Shown piece by piece: positions 1 to 9,095 of a stretch of 64,000 nucleotides of DNA. The DNA is from a virus (taxonomy: Duplodnaviria > Heunggongvirae > Uroviricota > Caudoviricetes > Herelleviridae). The notes beneath the pieces were generated by a model. It ran no database searches. It saw nothing but the letters and a program-made list of their open reading frames with translations, and was not told the DNA's origin. Numbering within the stretch: position 1 is the stretch's first letter; each line of letters starts with the position of its first letter. The stretch is from the IMG/VR virus record IMGVR_UViG_2706796241_000001. The stretch is one strand, 5' to 3'. The translations under genes were made by a program, and so were the position numbers.

Positions 1-16
1 AACTTCCTTTAAAATT

Positions 17-874
17 TTATCCAATTAGTAATGTAACTTTTTCGTCTAGCAAGTAAATAGTCACCTTATATTCTCCCGGTCTAGCCGACTTAATGGTTAC
101 ATTGCGGATGTCTTCCTCCTTAAAAGCAATTGCTCCTGTATCACAAGAAATATGCACCCAAGGAACAGACTCAATCATCACAAATTGCATTACCATATCG
201 TCAAACATAGGGAACAAGGTTGTTCCTGTGCTACCTCCTAAAACAGACACTGCACCAATTACTTGTTCTAGTACAGAACCGTTTGCAATAAACTGTAATA
301 CTTTAATTCCCTCTACTCTTGCTAGTGCTTCGGTGCAAGTATGCACACCTAGCAATGTTTCCCCATCATACAATTTTTTACGGAATACCAGTGCTAATGT
401 ACTTGTTACACCGCTAGAAGACTCATCTTCTAATACATATTGCATATGCTTACGCCCTCTAATTGATACTTCTGTATAAAAAACTTTTGGGGAGGACATA
501 TATAGGTTAAATGGAATCTCTTGTAGGTTAGAGAAAGCAGAGTCTGCTAGGCTAACATCTACTGCAAAATCACTATTGATTAAAGGTTTCTCAATAGTAT
601 CATCTAGGAACTCTCCGTAACCTCCATAAGCTGTGCTTGCTTCTTTTAGCAAACTTAATGCGTTAATCTGTCTTTCTCCTACTGGTCTGAATGAAATAGT
701 TCCTGCAACTGTTTCTTTCTTAAGGTCTACCTCAACATCTTCAAAAGTTGTTGTAATAGGAATATCTGTAGTCATTATTGAGCTTGTGTAGCGTGCCCCT
801 AGCAATACTGATTCCTTATCTGTGATAATATTATAAAATTTTCTTAGTGTTACTTCTTTCCCTTTTTTAAGCAT
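17..874 (-). CDS. hypothetical protein (285 aa)
   Basis: Long ORF co-oriented with neighbours; GGAGGT RBS just upstream; no recognisable motif. Confidence 0.75.
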   Translation of the reverse strand: MLKKGKEVTLRKFYNIITDKESVLLGARYTSSIMTTDIPITTTFEDVEVDLKKETVAGTISFRPVGERQINALSLLKEASTAYGGYGEFLDDTIEKPLINSDFAVDVSLADSAFSNLQEIPFNLYMSSPKVFYTEVSIRGRKHMQYVLEDESSSGVTSTLALVFRKKLYDGETLLGVHTCTEALARVEGIKVLQFIANGSVLEQVIGAVSVLGGSTGTTLFPMFDDMVMQFVMIESVPWVHISCDTGAIAFKEEDIRNVTIKSARPGEYKVTIYLLDEKVTLLIG

Positions 875-898
875 AGCTTACCTCCGTCTAATAGTAAA

Positions 899-1249
899 TT
901 ATTTTACAATTTCTACGTCTACATACTCCCCATAGTTCCACCCAGAACCACTTCCGTAGTCCCCTTCAATAACTATCCGTGCATCATTGGCAAAAATACC
1001 TATCCTAACTGTCGAACAGCCATAACATTCTTCACTATTATCTTCAACTTTTGTAATAATGTTATCTGTGAAATCAAAACCATCTGGAAGAATAACCTCA
1101 AAATCGTTATACCCACAACAGTCTGGCTCTGGGTTACAAGATACTTTTAAGCATGACCCATCATTTAGTACAAGGCTTGCTTCACATCCATCCTCCGCAT
1201 ATTCTAGGGCTATAACACTTTTACCAATTAGCTCATCATAAATACTCAT
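899..1249 (-). CDS. hypothetical acidic, Cys-containing protein
   Basis: 116-aa ORF with GGAGGA RBS. Confidence 0.75.
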   Translation of the reverse strand: MSIYDELIGKSVIALEYAEDGCEASLVLNDGSCLKVSCNPEPDCCGYNDFEVILPDGFDFTDNIITKVEDNSEECYGCSTVRIGIFANDARIVIEGDYGSGSGWNYGEYVDVEIVK

Positions 1250-1262
1250 AGTAGTCCTCCAT

Positions 1263-1769
1263 CTATCTAGTTGTTTTAGACTTATTGCTCTTCCGTCTAT
1301 CTGCTTTACGTTTCTGAGATTTGGTTGCGTTAGTATACCCTACACTACGTACATTACCGCCTCTAAGCTTCCTCTGTACGTAGTTCTTCTCTAGGTATAT
1401 AAATGTTAACCCTACCTCTCTAAAACGTCTCTGAGCTCGTATAGACAGCTTACCTACAGGTTCCTTACCAATGCTAACATAATAAACTGTGTCTAAAGAT
1501 GCTAGAGTTTGCTCCTCTTTCTTTTTACGTAGCTTAATCATATCTGCAGGTACACCAGTGTAGCTAGACACTAAGTCTTTTCCATACTCTAATTTTAACA
1601 TAATATCTTTTTCTGTCAAGTTCTGATATTCTTTAACAAATCCTACTTGGTAGTAGCCTTTTGTGGACAGCCGTTTTGTGTTACTACCACTTGTTCTGCC
1701 CCCAGTACCTACATAGTTCTTACCAACTACAGTATTCCAAGAACCATATTTTGCACCTTTAAACCCCAT
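1263..1769 (-). CDS. hypothetical basic protein
   Basis: 168-aa ORF overlapping the upstream stop; K/R-rich C-terminus. Confidence 0.75.
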   Translation of the reverse strand: MGFKGAKYGSWNTVVGKNYVGTGGRTSGSNTKRLSTKGYYQVGFVKEYQNLTEKDIMLKLEYGKDLVSSYTGVPADMIKLRKKKEEQTLASLDTVYYVSIGKEPVGKLSIRAQRRFREVGLTFIYLEKNYVQRKLRGGNVRSVGYTNATKSQKRKADRRKSNKSKTTR

Positions 1770-2499
1770 CTAGGTCACCCCTATTCTCTTTTGCTTTAAA
1801 ATGTCTTAACTTAATTGCTTTCTCTGGGTGATTCCTATTATGGATAAACACATCACAGAACACTCTCGTAGCCTCTTCGGTACCGCCTACTCTATTTATT
1901 AAATTATTAATGAGTTCAGGTTTAGTCATTCTTCTAGCAGTTGTAGATTTAACATAGAGCCCAGATACCCCACCAGAACGGCTGTTTGTTTTCATAACCT
2001 TAGCTCCATTAGCTTCTAGCCTATCACCATACCGTCTGAATGTACCAAGCATTCTTATTAAATCTTCTTTCCACAAGATATTTAACATATGATAAGCTGA
2101 TTTTTTAGGGGAACGGCTAGGTTGTTTATACTCACCTAACATTGCCTCTCCCATGAACTCTGTGTAAGCTAGGATACCTACGTGTTTATGATTATGTCTA
2201 GCAAGTATTTGCTCTACTTTAGGTACATGGTTATCGTGGCATAATACATATACATAGTCGCACACCTTTTCATAATCAGATAGTTGTTTATTTAATCTTT
2301 TTGTCGAGTCACGTTCAGTTTTTATTTCTATGCCAATGAGCCCTCGTTTTTCTGTGAAGACTAGGCAATCACATATTGTATTACCTTGCATGATTGCTTT
2401 CTCAAAAACAATAGCGCTCTTTCCTATATCCCCGAATATTCTTTGCTTATTTAAAATTAATTCTTGAATGTCTGCCTCATAAAATTGTTTATCTGTCAT
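1759..2499 (-). CDS. putative PD-(D/E)XK-fold protein (sce7726/MmcB-like)
   Basis: Motif ICDCLVF...GIEIKTERDSTKRLNKQLSDYEKVCDYVYV resembles D..EIK..D...RL..Q...Y of this family. Confidence 0.6.
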   Translation of the reverse strand: MTDKQFYEADIQELILNKQRIFGDIGKSAIVFEKAIMQGNTICDCLVFTEKRGLIGIEIKTERDSTKRLNKQLSDYEKVCDYVYVLCHDNHVPKVEQILARHNHKHVGILAYTEFMGEAMLGEYKQPSRSPKKSAYHMLNILWKEDLIRMLGTFRRYGDRLEANGAKVMKTNSRSGGVSGLYVKSTTARRMTKPELINNLINRVGGTEEATRVFCDVFIHNRNHPEKAIKLRHFKAKENRGDLDGV

Positions 2500-3119
2500 T
2501 ATAGTGTCTCACTTCTAAATTGTGGTCTTTGACCATCTAGGTTAAACCATATCTGTTTCTGTGACAAATAACCCTTTGTTATAGACTCCACGTCTACATA
2601 TGCCTTGTCCCACTTAATCGAGCTCAAACCGATAAAAACCCCTGTATTATCTCCATAGGCTATGCCCGGTTTTCCATCAGGTAATAGAATATGTCTATCC
2701 TCTTCACGTTCGTAGAAACCCTTACCTTCGATTCCTGTGAATGTATCGATTCCATTAACTACTGGGGCTAGGAATAATGGTGGTTTTGTTTCAACTCTTC
2801 GTTGCTCCTTTATCGACCGTCCTTTAATCTTTTGTGCTAGCTCACCCAGATATGTTGTGCTTTTGAATCTAGGGGTCACTTTTTCTTCAATGTAATCTTT
2901 TTGGATAGAATCCCCAATCTCTTTTACTTTATAGACAGATACTACATCAGTACCTGTTAGCTCCTCAGCTAGTTCAACAATATAAACAGGAGTTTCCTTC
3001 ACTTCATTATTAACCTTTGTTTTAATAGATAAGACCCCACGTCTGATTAATGTTGGTGGGTTGTTTACATCTATTAATGATGCCTCCCCATTAGGGCTTA
3101 TTACTTCTGTAAAATTCAT
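2499..3119 (-). CDS. hypothetical protein
   Basis: 206-aa ORF, GAGGTG RBS, preceded by a late-type promoter motif. Confidence 0.75.
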   Translation of the reverse strand: MNFTEVISPNGEASLIDVNNPPTLIRRGVLSIKTKVNNEVKETPVYIVELAEELTGTDVVSVYKVKEIGDSIQKDYIEEKVTPRFKSTTYLGELAQKIKGRSIKEQRRVETKPPLFLAPVVNGIDTFTGIEGKGFYEREEDRHILLPDGKPGIAYGDNTGVFIGLSSIKWDKAYVDVESITKGYLSQKQIWFNLDGQRPQFRSETL

Positions 3120-3139
3120 ACTTAGTCACCTCATTATTC

Positions 3140-3172
3140 AATATAGCAAAAAAGAGACTAGTTAGTCTCTCT
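3140..3172 (-). terminator. intrinsic terminator overlapping putative late promoter (TGCTATATT, 3140-3148)
   Basis: GAGACTA/TAGTCTC stem followed by T-run on the minus strand; the T-run runs into TGCTATATT. Confidence 0.55.
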
Positions 3173-3532
3173 TTTACCTTTTCGTTCTTCTAACTGCTTA
3201 ATATATTGTTTTTGAACATAACGAACAATTGCAGTTCTAATAACAACTTCGATAATTCTTGCTATAAAAGGAACTACAAATACCATTAGTGTGAACAAAG
3301 CAATACCTGTTACGTTAAGTTGCAAGCTAGTTGGTATGATGAAGATAAGAGAAATTGCTATAGCTATTCTTAAAAGGTAGTTAATGCCTAAAAATACATA
3401 AGAACTACGTGGCAAAGGAGCCTCTCCTTCTTCAATCATGTATCTTTCTTTACGCTTAGTATTAGTAAAGGCAGTTATGCCTTCACCTACGTATGCAATA
3501 GCCAATAAAATATAAACTAAATTACCTTCCAT
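3158..3532 (-). CDS. membrane protein
   Basis: Three hydrophobic segments; GGAGGT RBS. Confidence 0.75.
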   Translation of the reverse strand: MEGNLVYILLAIAYVGEGITAFTNTKRKERYMIEEGEAPLPRSSYVFLGINYLLRIAIAISLIFIIPTSLQLNVTGIALFTLMVFVVPFIARIIEVVIRTAIVRYVQKQYIKQLEERKGKRETN

Positions 3533-3543
3533 ACGAGTACCTC

Positions 3544-4827
3544 CTATAAGAATACTGGCATGAACTGCGGTGTATCACGCTCAGGGTCTAATACCATAAT
3601 TAGCTGTGCAGGACTTGTTGTTGGCAAGTTATTCTCTGCTGAGTAGTTGTTTGCCCCCATAGGAGAGCCAACATACACATGGAATCTTGAAAAGTCTTCT
3701 TGAATAATACGTGTTGTATGGATATGTCCCATGATTAGATAGTCAATAACTTCATCTTTGATATGTTTAGGGATTTTAACATCTACTTTTTTGCCCTCAG
3801 TGTCACCATGAGTTACTTTAATACGTTTACCTGCAACTGTATCTTTAAAACTATAAACGTCACTTCTGTTATCTACAAGTTTAATATCTTTGTTTAATGC
3901 CCCTAATTCTTGCAAGAAATGGAGTTGGTCTACTACAAGATAAGCCACATTATCATTATGAATTTTATCATTCTTGTTACCTTGGAAACGGTCGTGGTTA
4001 CCACCAACCATACCGAAAGACACTTCAAATTCTGCCTTAGCTAGTAAATTGAGTGTATCAGCAAGAACTCTAATTCCTTTAGCAATCTGCTCCGTAGCAG
4101 GAAACTCTGCTTCAAATGCTTGGTTAACATTACGCATATTAATGTGTTCAATAATATCCCCAATGTGGTAAACATGAATTTTCTTAATATCCTGCTCCAT
4201 AGCCACTTGGAATACTTCTTCTAATAACTTTTCAAGTCGTTCTTTAAAGATTTCAAAGTTGTATCCACCTGTGTCAATGTTATTAACAAAAGCACCAATA
4301 TGCCAATCAGATAGGCACAGAATAAGCTCTCGGTCTGAGGATACTTTCGGTGCCTTTAAATTTTTATTGATATATTTTAAACTAGACATGTCTTTTAGTT
4401 CAGCTAATAAGTATGTTTTCAAACCACTAATTAAATGGTCAAGATAAGCTCCCTCACGTTGTAGCTTACCGAACTCTCGGTTACGGGCTAACACTGCTTG
4501 ATTTTCTACTACGTAAGAAGACAGTACATCAAACGATGACTTATCATCTTGTAACAATACTTTACGAACAGCCTCTAGCGTAATTTTGCCTGCCATGCTA
4601 GCTTCGTAAAGTTCGTGTAACTCTTTATCTTCTTCAATTTCCTTAACTAGTGCCTTTAAGCTATACAGGTTCTCCTTATCTAAGTCAAACTCCTGTGCTA
4701 GTTTATTAAATTTACCAACGTGTACTCGATTAAAGCTCCGTTGTAAACTACCTATAATAATTGTTTGTAAAATTCTTGGTTCATCTAATTTGTCTAATAA
4801 CTTCTCTAAAGGTTCGTTGTTTTTCAA
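3544..4827 (-). CDS. calcineurin-like metallophosphoesterase
   Basis: Motifs SDWH, GDII, GNHD, HGD, GHIH. Confidence 0.9.
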   Translation of the reverse strand: MKNNEPLEKLLDKLDEPRILQTIIIGSLQRSFNRVHVGKFNKLAQEFDLDKENLYSLKALVKEIEEDKELHELYEASMAGKITLEAVRKVLLQDDKSSFDVLSSYVVENQAVLARNREFGKLQREGAYLDHLISGLKTYLLAELKDMSSLKYINKNLKAPKVSSDRELILCLSDWHIGAFVNNIDTGGYNFEIFKERLEKLLEEVFQVAMEQDIKKIHVYHIGDIIEHINMRNVNQAFEAEFPATEQIAKGIRVLADTLNLLAKAEFEVSFGMVGGNHDRFQGNKNDKIHNDNVAYLVVDQLHFLQELGALNKDIKLVDNRSDVYSFKDTVAGKRIKVTHGDTEGKKVDVKIPKHIKDEVIDYLIMGHIHTTRIIQEDFSRFHVYVGSPMGANNYSAENNLPTTSPAQLIMVLDPERDTPQFMPVFL

Positions 4828-4880
4828 AAATTTACACTCCTATCAAAATTTATCTATCTTTATTATACCACAAAGTTAAA

Positions 4881-5834
4881 CTATAAAATTTCAGAAAGCA
4901 CACTTAGCAGTGTGTTATTTACAGCTTCACTAGGTTTACCTAAGAAGACGGTTGCCGTTGTGTCTTTCCCTTTACCATTATGAACTTTATAGACAACCTC
5001 TCCGGCATTCACACCATAGCTCCTTACACTAAACATGTCGTCACCTTTTGTGTGCCTACCAATAAAGACAATAACTTTTTGATAGTTATGTGACTTATAA
5101 AAATTAATTAATTTATGGGCTACTTCGTTAACATGCTGTTCTGCATAACCGAAACAAACCACTGTTCCATTAATGACGTTTGCAGACATCTTCCCTATTG
5201 TTCTTAGCACATAGTCCTGCATATTTATGTTCAAGGCATCTACAAGTACTTCTTGTTCTTTCAAAATGGTGTCTAGCTCTTTACTAGGCTCTGTCACCTT
5301 ATATAGGTTCTCTCCAAGCAAATCTACAAGAAGAACCCAAGAGATAGTTCTGTCTGTTACTTCATAACGATTATAGTTGTCTGTCTCTTCTATAATATCT
5401 TTGGCAAACACTAATGCCTCTTTAGCAAGAGCCACTACATTTTGTTCATCCTCTTTTGTACCTGTGTTAGTAAACTTAACTAAGTCGATTACCAACTCTG
5501 AAAAGTGCCCAACAGGGCTTATAACTTCATCTACAAATGAACGAAAACTACCCTCATTACGATAGGTGTCCCCAAATGTTGCTAAATGGTACACCTTGCT
5601 GAACGGGTTATCCATAGATGATAATGCTGTATCTAATGCACCTCGTTGGCTTTCAAAGAAAGGAAACCCTGCTATAATAACAGCATCATATTCTCCTATA
5701 TGGTTGTGAATATCAGGTAGATTGAATTTATTAAGAAATTCTACGTCTACATTATTTTTATAAAATCTACGTAGCAGGGTGTTCATGACATAGCCTTGGG
5801 TGTTCTTTTTTGTAATAAGTTTTATCTTTGTCAT
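4881..5834 (-). CDS. hypothetical protein (possibly a divergent DHH/DHHA1-like fold)
   Basis: 317-aa ORF; C-terminal FSVRS...GKG weakly recalls DHHA1; no DHH motif. Confidence 0.6.
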   Translation of the reverse strand: MTKIKLITKKNTQGYVMNTLLRRFYKNNVDVEFLNKFNLPDIHNHIGEYDAVIIAGFPFFESQRGALDTALSSMDNPFSKVYHLATFGDTYRNEGSFRSFVDEVISPVGHFSELVIDLVKFTNTGTKEDEQNVVALAKEALVFAKDIIEETDNYNRYEVTDRTISWVLLVDLLGENLYKVTEPSKELDTILKEQEVLVDALNINMQDYVLRTIGKMSANVINGTVVCFGYAEQHVNEVAHKLINFYKSHNYQKVIVFIGRHTKGDDMFSVRSYGVNAGEVVYKVHNGKGKDTTATVFLGKPSEAVNNTLLSVLSEIL

Positions 5835-6136
5835 CTACTTATACCCCACCATCTCTTTTTAAAAAAACGTATGTCTGTACGTTCAGTGTCTCTACGTCCA
5901 TTTAAGGGTCTTAAAAGGTCTTTGAATAATATGTCTTGGTCGCATTTACTTAGGAGCTCTTTATAGTATTCTTCAATAGGTTTATCCGCCTCTACAAACC
6001 CACTAATGATTTCTTTGCCATCTGGGTCAAGTACGCTAACATAGAAAAATCCATTCTCTTCATCTAATAAAATATCGTACCCTTTATAAGTATCTCGTAT
6101 TCCTTGTTTAATACATTTTTCCTTATTGTCGTTCAT
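5831..6136 (-). CDS. hypothetical protein
   Basis: 101-aa ORF, AAGGAGGT RBS, downstream of a consensus sigmaA promoter. Confidence 0.7.
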   Translation of the reverse strand: MNDNKEKCIKQGIRDTYKGYDILLDEENGFFYVSVLDPDGKEIISGFVEADKPIEEYYKELLSKCDQDILFKDLLRPLNGRRDTERTDIRFFKKRWWGISR

Positions 6137-6165
6137 GTGGTTACCTCCTTATACAGTATAAGTAT

Positions 6166-6194
6166 AGTATATAACTAAACTACAACATTGTCAA
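6166..6194 (-). promoter_or_regulatory. sigmaA-type promoter
   Basis: TTGACA-17 nt-TATACT on the minus strand. Confidence 0.75.
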
Positions 6195-6204
6195 CACTAT
6201 ATAC

Positions 6205-6231
6205 AAAAAAAGAGACCTTAACGGGTCTCTT
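6205..6231 (-). terminator. intrinsic terminator
   Basis: AGAGACC/GGTCTCT stem plus T-run. Confidence 0.7.
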
Positions 6232-6240
6232 ATAATGAAC

Positions 6241-6683
6241 CTATTCTGTTTTGTCCCCATATACAAATGGTTCATCTGCTAGGAACACATTGTAAACACC
6301 TAGCTTAAATCTGTCATCAGCAAATGCTAAGAACGCTTGTAAAACTTGTTTTTCTTTTACATCTTTAGTTTTAAGTTTCTCTGTAGCAACTACAGGATAG
6401 TTATATGGGTCTTCTAATGTACGAGTAATGAAGAATATTTCATTATCATCAGTTATAATAATTGGTTCATCAGAAGGTTTAAATGTGTTATCCTTTTGAT
6501 TATAGATTAATTCATTAACTGTGTAGTCTGTTCCTTTTTTGTAACAGCATATGCATATCCGCCTGCTACTGTACCTGTAAACCCATCTGACAATGTTGGT
6601 ACAATAAGGTATCTACCATCTATCGCTACTTCTAATGTCTCTGGTTTTAATAGGTCTTCAATATTTAATATTTCTTTAGCCAT
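6241..6683 (-). CDS. putative virion decoration protein (147 aa, one apparent frameshift); absent from ORF track
   Basis: Manual translation MAKEILNIEDLL...DGRYLIVPTLSDGFTGTVAGG...; one base missing in the T6 run at 6535-6540; paralogous to the N-terminal domain of the upstream gene. Confidence 0.75.
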
Positions 6684-6703
6684 TTTCTTTCCTCTTTTCT
6701 ATG

Positions 6704-7665
6704 TTATTCAGTTGGTTCTACTGATTCTGGGTCTGATACGGTAACATGTACTTTACCTACATGACTACCTTCCTCAGTTGTTGCTATAATGTCTGCTTCA
6801 CCTAATGCTAAAGCTACAACGTCACCACTTGCATTAACACTAGCTATGGTATCACTACTAGAAGACCAAGTAAATTTAGGATTCGTTGCATTATCAGGTA
6901 CAATACTAGCAGTAAATTTGTATGTCTTACCTTTTTCTAAAGCAGATTCTCCACTAACATTAATTCCTGTGACTTTTATGTACTCTTCTATCTGAACTGT
7001 ACACTTATCAGTGTGTTCTCCATCCTCAGTAGTTACGGTAACAATTGCAGTACCTGCCTTATCTTTACTTGTGACAGTTGCTTTATTGTCAGAGACTGTT
7101 AACCCTAAAAGTTCTGGTTTATCTACTGAGAAACTAACTTTTTGTTTGTAGCACCCTCTGGTAAAACCGTAGCAGTTAGTTCTAATGTCCGTTCTGTGTA
7201 CATTTTAGCGGTCTGTTTGTCTAATGATACACTGCTAACTAGAACAATATCAGGGTTGTTTTCTAATGATAGGTTACCTGTTAGAAAGATATTGTAGCTA
7301 CCAAATGAGAATAGGTCATTTACAAAAAGTTTAAACGCTTGAAGGGTACGCTTATCTTTGTCCATGCCTTCCTCTACTGTGAGCTCATCTACTACTGCAT
7401 GATTATATGGGTCTATAGTTGTTTTACAAACATAGTATACTTTATTTTTATTAGTGTATACAACTAATTCATCTGACCTAATAAATTTGTTAAGCTTATC
7501 ATTCCAAAATACAGGGTAAATATAAGTTTCCTCAGATTTTTGGTCTATCTCGTAGTTATAGTGACCAGATACGGTTCCAGTGTACCCATCCGAAATAGTC
7601 TCTACCACAAGGAATTTTCCAAATAGATTAGGCAATTCTAATTTGCTTATCTCGTCTATCTTCAT
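6704..7665 (-). CDS. virion protein with two C-terminal Big_2 Ig-like domains (apparent frameshift at 7139-7143)
   Basis: ORF 7123-7665 continues, after adding one A, as KKVSFSVDKPELL...ASIVPDNATNPKFTWSSSSDTIASVNASGDV...; stop at 6704. Confidence 0.8.
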
Positions 7666-7712
7666 GTCGAAGCTCCTTTGTATTAACTAAGGAGGGGCTA
7701 CACCCCTCGTAC

Positions 7713-7988
7713 TTAGTCTCTGTTTTTGAAGTCTTGTCTAGTTCCGACTACTTCTTTTCCTGCTTCTTCTTTTGCTTTACCATAAGAAGTTACAGCGTTG
7801 TTTTTGTACCAGTTGTAGATGGCAAGGCCTACAGATAGTACTAACATTAAACCTTGGTTCATTTGTTCGTCTGTGAATGGTAAAGGTTCCCAACCAAATA
7901 TTGTAGTCAAACCAGTTGCCACAAATGAGATTCCCATCACAATTAAACGAATAAATGGTGCATACTTGCCAGTGTTGTTTTGTTCCAC
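7713..7988 (-). CDS. holin, SPP1-like family
   Basis: 91 aa, two TM helices, WYKNNAVT motif, charged C-terminus. Confidence 0.85.
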   Translation of the reverse strand: MEQNNTGKYAPFIRLIVMGISFVATGLTTIFGWEPLPFTDEQMNQGLMLVLSVGLAIYNWYKNNAVTSYGKAKEEAGKEVVGTRQDFKNRD

Positions 7989-7993
7989 TAAAA

Positions 7994-8045
7994 AATACCT
8001 CCTTTATGTTTCTACTGCTAATATAGCAGACATAAAGGAGGTATT
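7994..8045 (-). promoter_or_regulatory. RBS-sequestering hairpin/terminator with embedded late promoter upstream of the holin
   Basis: 16-bp perfect inverted repeat (7994-8009/8030-8045) covering AAGGAGGT; TGCTATATTA at 8019-8028 at its apex. Confidence 0.75.
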
Positions 8046-8048
8046 ACT

Positions 8049-8681
8049 CTAATCTGTTAAATTTATTAAGACAAACTCACGAACATTTTTTATAGCATCT
8101 TTTACGGCTTTTTTAGACACCCCGTAGTTTTCTGACAATTCAGTAATAATACGAGCATCCCTTACTGTTCCTTGAATTAACTGCTGAAATACTGCTAATT
8201 CAATTTCTGAAAAATTGGCTTTTGATAATAACGATTCAATAAGTTCTGCATCCTCAATATCTGCCTGAGAGCTATCGTCAATCCCTAACAATAACTCTAC
8301 TTCATTATCTTGGGTGCCTAGACGTTCTCTAGCGGTATCTCGGAACCTTCCTTTTACATAGCTGTGTCTTACTCGTAAATTCAGGGCTTTTTTAATATAT
8401 CCCGGAAAATCTACCTCTCCATTTATATCATACTCTTTTGTTAACTTTATAAATTGCTCATCAATATAGCTTTTGAGTTCCTTACGTGAAGCCTCACTAT
8501 TGAACGAGTCTTTATGAGTGTTATAGACTTTATATCTAAGATTACTATACTTATGGTACAATCGGTCTACATCTCTAGGAAACACTCCTTTGCCATGAGT
8601 CTCTGTAATAAACCGATTACCATTACGTATTTCTTTTTCCTCTTTTTGAACATCTCTACTCAAAAGGGTTGTCCCCCTCAA
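8049..8681 (-). CDS. phage RNA polymerase sigma factor
   Basis: Region-2-like ELKSYIDEQFIKLTKEYD...DFPGYIK and C-terminal HTH; position two genes after recA as in K-like phages. Confidence 0.8.
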   Translation of the reverse strand: MRGTTLLSRDVQKEEKEIRNGNRFITETHGKGVFPRDVDRLYHKYSNLRYKVYNTHKDSFNSEASRKELKSYIDEQFIKLTKEYDINGEVDFPGYIKKALNLRVRHSYVKGRFRDTARERLGTQDNEVELLLGIDDSSQADIEDAELIESLLSKANFSEIELAVFQQLIQGTVRDARIITELSENYGVSKKAVKDAIKNVREFVLINLTD

Positions 8682-9042
8682 ACACTACCTTAACTTGTCT
8701 CTTAACCTTCTGAGCATCGTGCCCATAGGCTCCATATACATCGCAGAAGTGGATAGTGTGTGGTATTTTTAACTCCATACCATAAAATAAGACTCGTTGA
8801 TAACCTAAACACCAACGATTACCTACATATTCTATCTCTATAACAACAGAGTTCGCACTACTTAAGTCAGAGTTCTCTATTAGGACTCTCTTACCTTCTC
8901 TCATTGCCTTTAAGAACATGTCTCTTATTGGTTGTAGTGAACTAGGTGTACCACTGTTGTTCATAGTCATAGTACGTTTAGAGGAGTCTTGATGTTTTTC
9001 TAATATTTCAAAAAATGGGTTAGGTGCTAGTCCTTTGCGCAA
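8656..9042 (-). CDS. hypothetical protein
   Basis: 128-aa ORF between recA and the sigma gene. Confidence 0.75.
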   Translation of the reverse strand: MRKGLAPNPFFEILEKHQDSSKRTMTMNNSGTPSSLQPIRDMFLKAMREGKRVLIENSDLSSANSVVIEIEYVGNRWCLGYQRVLFYGMELKIPHTIHFCDVYGAYGHDAQKVKRQVKVVFEGDNPFE

Positions 9043-9095
9043 AATAAGTTCCTCTCCTTTATAGCTAATAAAGGGGCTAAACGCCCCCTTATCTG

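Noticed and set aside
7123..7143. Programmed frameshift adding Ig domains
   Set aside because: The break falls inside the first Ig domain and matches the assembly-wide homopolymer loss pattern.
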